From NCBI GenBank assembly GCA_963847445.1, contig CAWJZV010000042.1, positions 1-64,000 on the forward strand: DNA of 64,000 nucleotides. The letters are read 5' to 3'. Made by a program: the position numbers and the translations under genes. This document shows, piece after piece, positions 62,055 to 64,000 of the stretch. The number at the start of each line of letters is the position of its first letter. Position 1 is the first letter of the stretch. The notes under the pieces were generated by a model that did not search any database, was not told the origin of the DNA, and worked only from the letters and a program-made list of their open reading frames with translations. The DNA comes from an uncultured delta proteobacterium. Lineage in GTDB: Bacteria > Desulfobacterota > Binatia > UBA9968.

Positions 62055-63170
62055 ATGATTATCGATGCCGATGGCCATACGCATGTTTCCAATGTCGTGT
62101 TCGACGAATATCTCGATCCGGCGTTTCGCGCCAAGCGGCCGCGTTATGTCGAACTGGACGACGGGCGCGGGGTTTACATCATCGAAGGACGGGTGATCAT
62201 CAAACCGTCGGGCTGGGGACCGGGGACGCCGCTGAGCATCGGCAGCCGCCGGCTCGAGGGTTGCCAGTCCTTCGGCATGGAAAATATCGCCGGGCGCTTG
62301 GCCGATCTCGACAGGGAAGGCATCGACGTTCAGGTGATCTATCCCAACGTCTTGATGTCGATCAATAGTTTCGACGATGCCGCTCTCGCGTCAGCGGTGG
62401 CGCATGCTTACAACCGGTGGATGTCGGACCGCTGCGCCGAGTCGAAAGGCCGGTTGCGCTACGCGGCGGTGGTCGCGCTGCAAGATCCGCTCGCCGCGGC
62501 CGACGAAGTCGCATACGCCGCGACGAAACTAGGCGCCGTCGGCGTCATGGTGCCGGGCACTGTCGGCACCCGCACCCTCGATCATCCCGATCTCTACCCG
62601 TTTTGGGAAAGAGTTGAGAAATGCGACGTCGGCGTCGGTATCCACACGGTCACCGGCATGTATCCGACGGTGGGCGCGGACTTGTTCGATCACTTCTTCG
62701 GCTCCAAGGCCGTCGCCATGCCGCTGACACTGACGGTGGCGTTGGTGTCGCTCATCGCCGGCGGCATCGCCGACTTGTTTCCCAAGTTGCGCTTCGGTTT
62801 GTTGGAAACCGGCTGCGGCTGGCTGCCCTATTGGCTCGAACGGCTCGACGACCTGCACGAACGCGGCGAGCATGAGCCGGCGATTTACGACGGCGTACTG
62901 CGGCGGAAGCCATCGGGAAAGAGAACCAAGCCCAGCGATCTTTTCACCTCCGGCCGGATGATCGTCTCCTGCGAGCCCGGTGAAAAAACCTTGCCCTACG
63001 TCGTCAGCACCGTCGGCGACCAATGCATCATGTACGCCTCCGACTACCCCCATCCCGACAGCAAGTGGCCCAACACCGTCGCGCCGATTCAGAAGGCGGA
63101 GATGGCTGCCGTGGCGAAGCAGCGGATACTTGGGGAGAATGCGGCGCGGTTGTATAAGTTGGGGGAGTAA
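62055..63170 (+). CDS. Amidohydrolase family (Amidohydro_2) protein
   Basis: IIDADGH, DLDREGIDVQVIYP, AYNRW, LETGCGWLPYW, YASDYPHPD, ILGENAARLY. Confidence 0.92.
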   Translation: MIIDADGHTHVSNVVFDEYLDPAFRAKRPRYVELDDGRGVYIIEGRVIIKPSGWGPGTPLSIGSRRLEGCQSFGMENIAGRLADLDREGIDVQVIYPNVLMSINSFDDAALASAVAHAYNRWMSDRCAESKGRLRYAAVVALQDPLAAADEVAYAATKLGAVGVMVPGTVGTRTLDHPDLYPFWERVEKCDVGVGIHTVTGMYPTVGADLFDHFFGSKAVAMPLTLTVALVSLIAGGIADLFPKLRFGLLETGCGWLPYWLERLDDLHERGEHEPAIYDGVLRRKPSGKRTKPSDLFTSGRMIVSCEPGEKTLPYVVSTVGDQCIMYASDYPHPDSKWPNTVAPIQKAEMAAVAKQRILGENAARLYKLGE

Positions 63171-63339
63171 GGGAGAAAAGATACGCTGCCGACCATGGAT
63201 GAGTTGGCGAAAGACGAGAGCAAATAGCCAACGCCTGACATGGCGTACCTGCTAAAAATGGCAAAGGCCGCTTACGAGGGTCCTCCGTCCCGTTGCTCCA
63301 TGGGTATCGGATCAGGGAGATTTTTCTTTAGCGATGGAG

Positions 63340-63348
63340 TGGTATAAT
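63340..63348 (+). promoter_or_regulatory. Extended -10 element
   Basis: TGGTATAAT (TGn-TATAAT) 7 nt before GTG 63356. Confidence 0.5.
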
Positions 63349-63355
63349 TTCGTCT

Positions 63356-64000
63356 GTGCTTGCGCCGAATAAACTCTTGCCTGTCAGTGTCCTCGTCGTT
63401 CTGAGTCTTTCTCTTTCGGCTTTGCTTTCCGCCTGTTCGCCCGTCTACGTTCTACGCGCCGCCTATGAGGAGGGAAAAATTCTCTGGCGGCGCCAACCGA
63501 TCGCCGAGTATCTCCAGAAGCCCGATGTCACGGCCGAGACCCAGGAGAAGCTGAGAACCGTTCTAGCGGCGCGCGACTATGCGCGCGATGTCCTCAAGCT
63601 CAACGTCGGCGGCAGTTATTCCAGTTACTCCTACGTCGACCGTCCCGATCTGACTTATATCGTCGTTGCCGCGCATAAGACCGAGCTGCGGCCTTACACT
63701 TGGTGGTTTCTGATCGTCGGCAGCGTGCCGTACAAAGGTTACTTCTCGAAAGCCGACGCAGAAGCAGAAATCGAACACTTAAAAGCCGACGGCTACGACA
63801 CCAACCTGCGCACCTCGGCGGCGTTCAGCACCTTGGGCTGGTTCGACGATCCGCTGCTATCGCATCTGCTCAAGTACGATAAAGTCGGTCTCACCGAGAT
63901 TGTTTTTCACGAGCTATTTCACAACACGCTTTACGTCGGCGGGGCAGAGCGCTTTCAACGAAAGCGTTGCCAACTTCATCGGCCATCGCGCCGCGGTGGA
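63356..64000 (+). CDS. Putative zinc aminopeptidase lipoprotein (DUF2265-like), runs off the window end
   Basis: Not in ORF track; manual translation gives lipobox LSAC, YTWWFLIVGSVPYKGYF, AFSTLGWFDDPL, HELFH (HEXXH). Confidence 0.88.
   Translation, partial: MLAPNKLLPVSVLVVLSLSLSALLSACSPVYVLRAAYEEGKILWRRQPIAEYLQKPDVTAETQEKLRTVLAARDYARDVLKLNVGGSYSSYSYVDRPDLTYIVVAAHKTELRPYTWWFLIVGSVPYKGYFSKADAEAEIEHLKADGYDTNLRTSAAFSTLGWFDDPLLSHLLKYDKVGLTEIVFHELFHNTLYVGGAERFQRKRCQLHRPSRRGG

Overview
High-GC bacterial chromosomal segment. The gene content (nine NMT1/SsuA-type and four TctC/Bug-type substrate-binding proteins without membrane partners, amidohydrolases, hydantoinase/oxoprolinases, dense REP-like intergenic repeats) resembles Candidatus Binatia-type soil bacteria; this is an inference. 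Many genes are split by single-base indels, most likely long-read consensus errors, so several CDS calls join adjacent frames. Main blocks: a stand-alone adenylation-carrier (A-T) gene at the left edge; a DUF2339/DUF3999 pair; three paralogous MFS genes; a small A/T-richer island ending in a tRNA 3' remnant; a three-gene biosynthetic island (GT2, FkbH-ACP, GT1; 28.4-33.4 kb); a 13-kb catabolic cluster (2 nitroreductases, HyuA, 2 HyuB, 2 atypical M24-fold proteins, MmgE/PrpD, SBP); a GNAT gene that looks like a stranded integron cassette; and a thiolase-like/DUF35 pair. The most novel-looking signal is the GT2 glycosyltransferase, whose C-terminal ~180 aa resemble a RepB-type (AEP superfamily) DNA primase domain. 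It sits in an operon with a glyceryl-loading FkbH-ACP whose C-terminal tail matches that of the distant A-T protein. No rRNA, complete tRNA, CRISPR array, integrase or transposase was seen. All family assignments come from reading motifs by eye; no searches were run.
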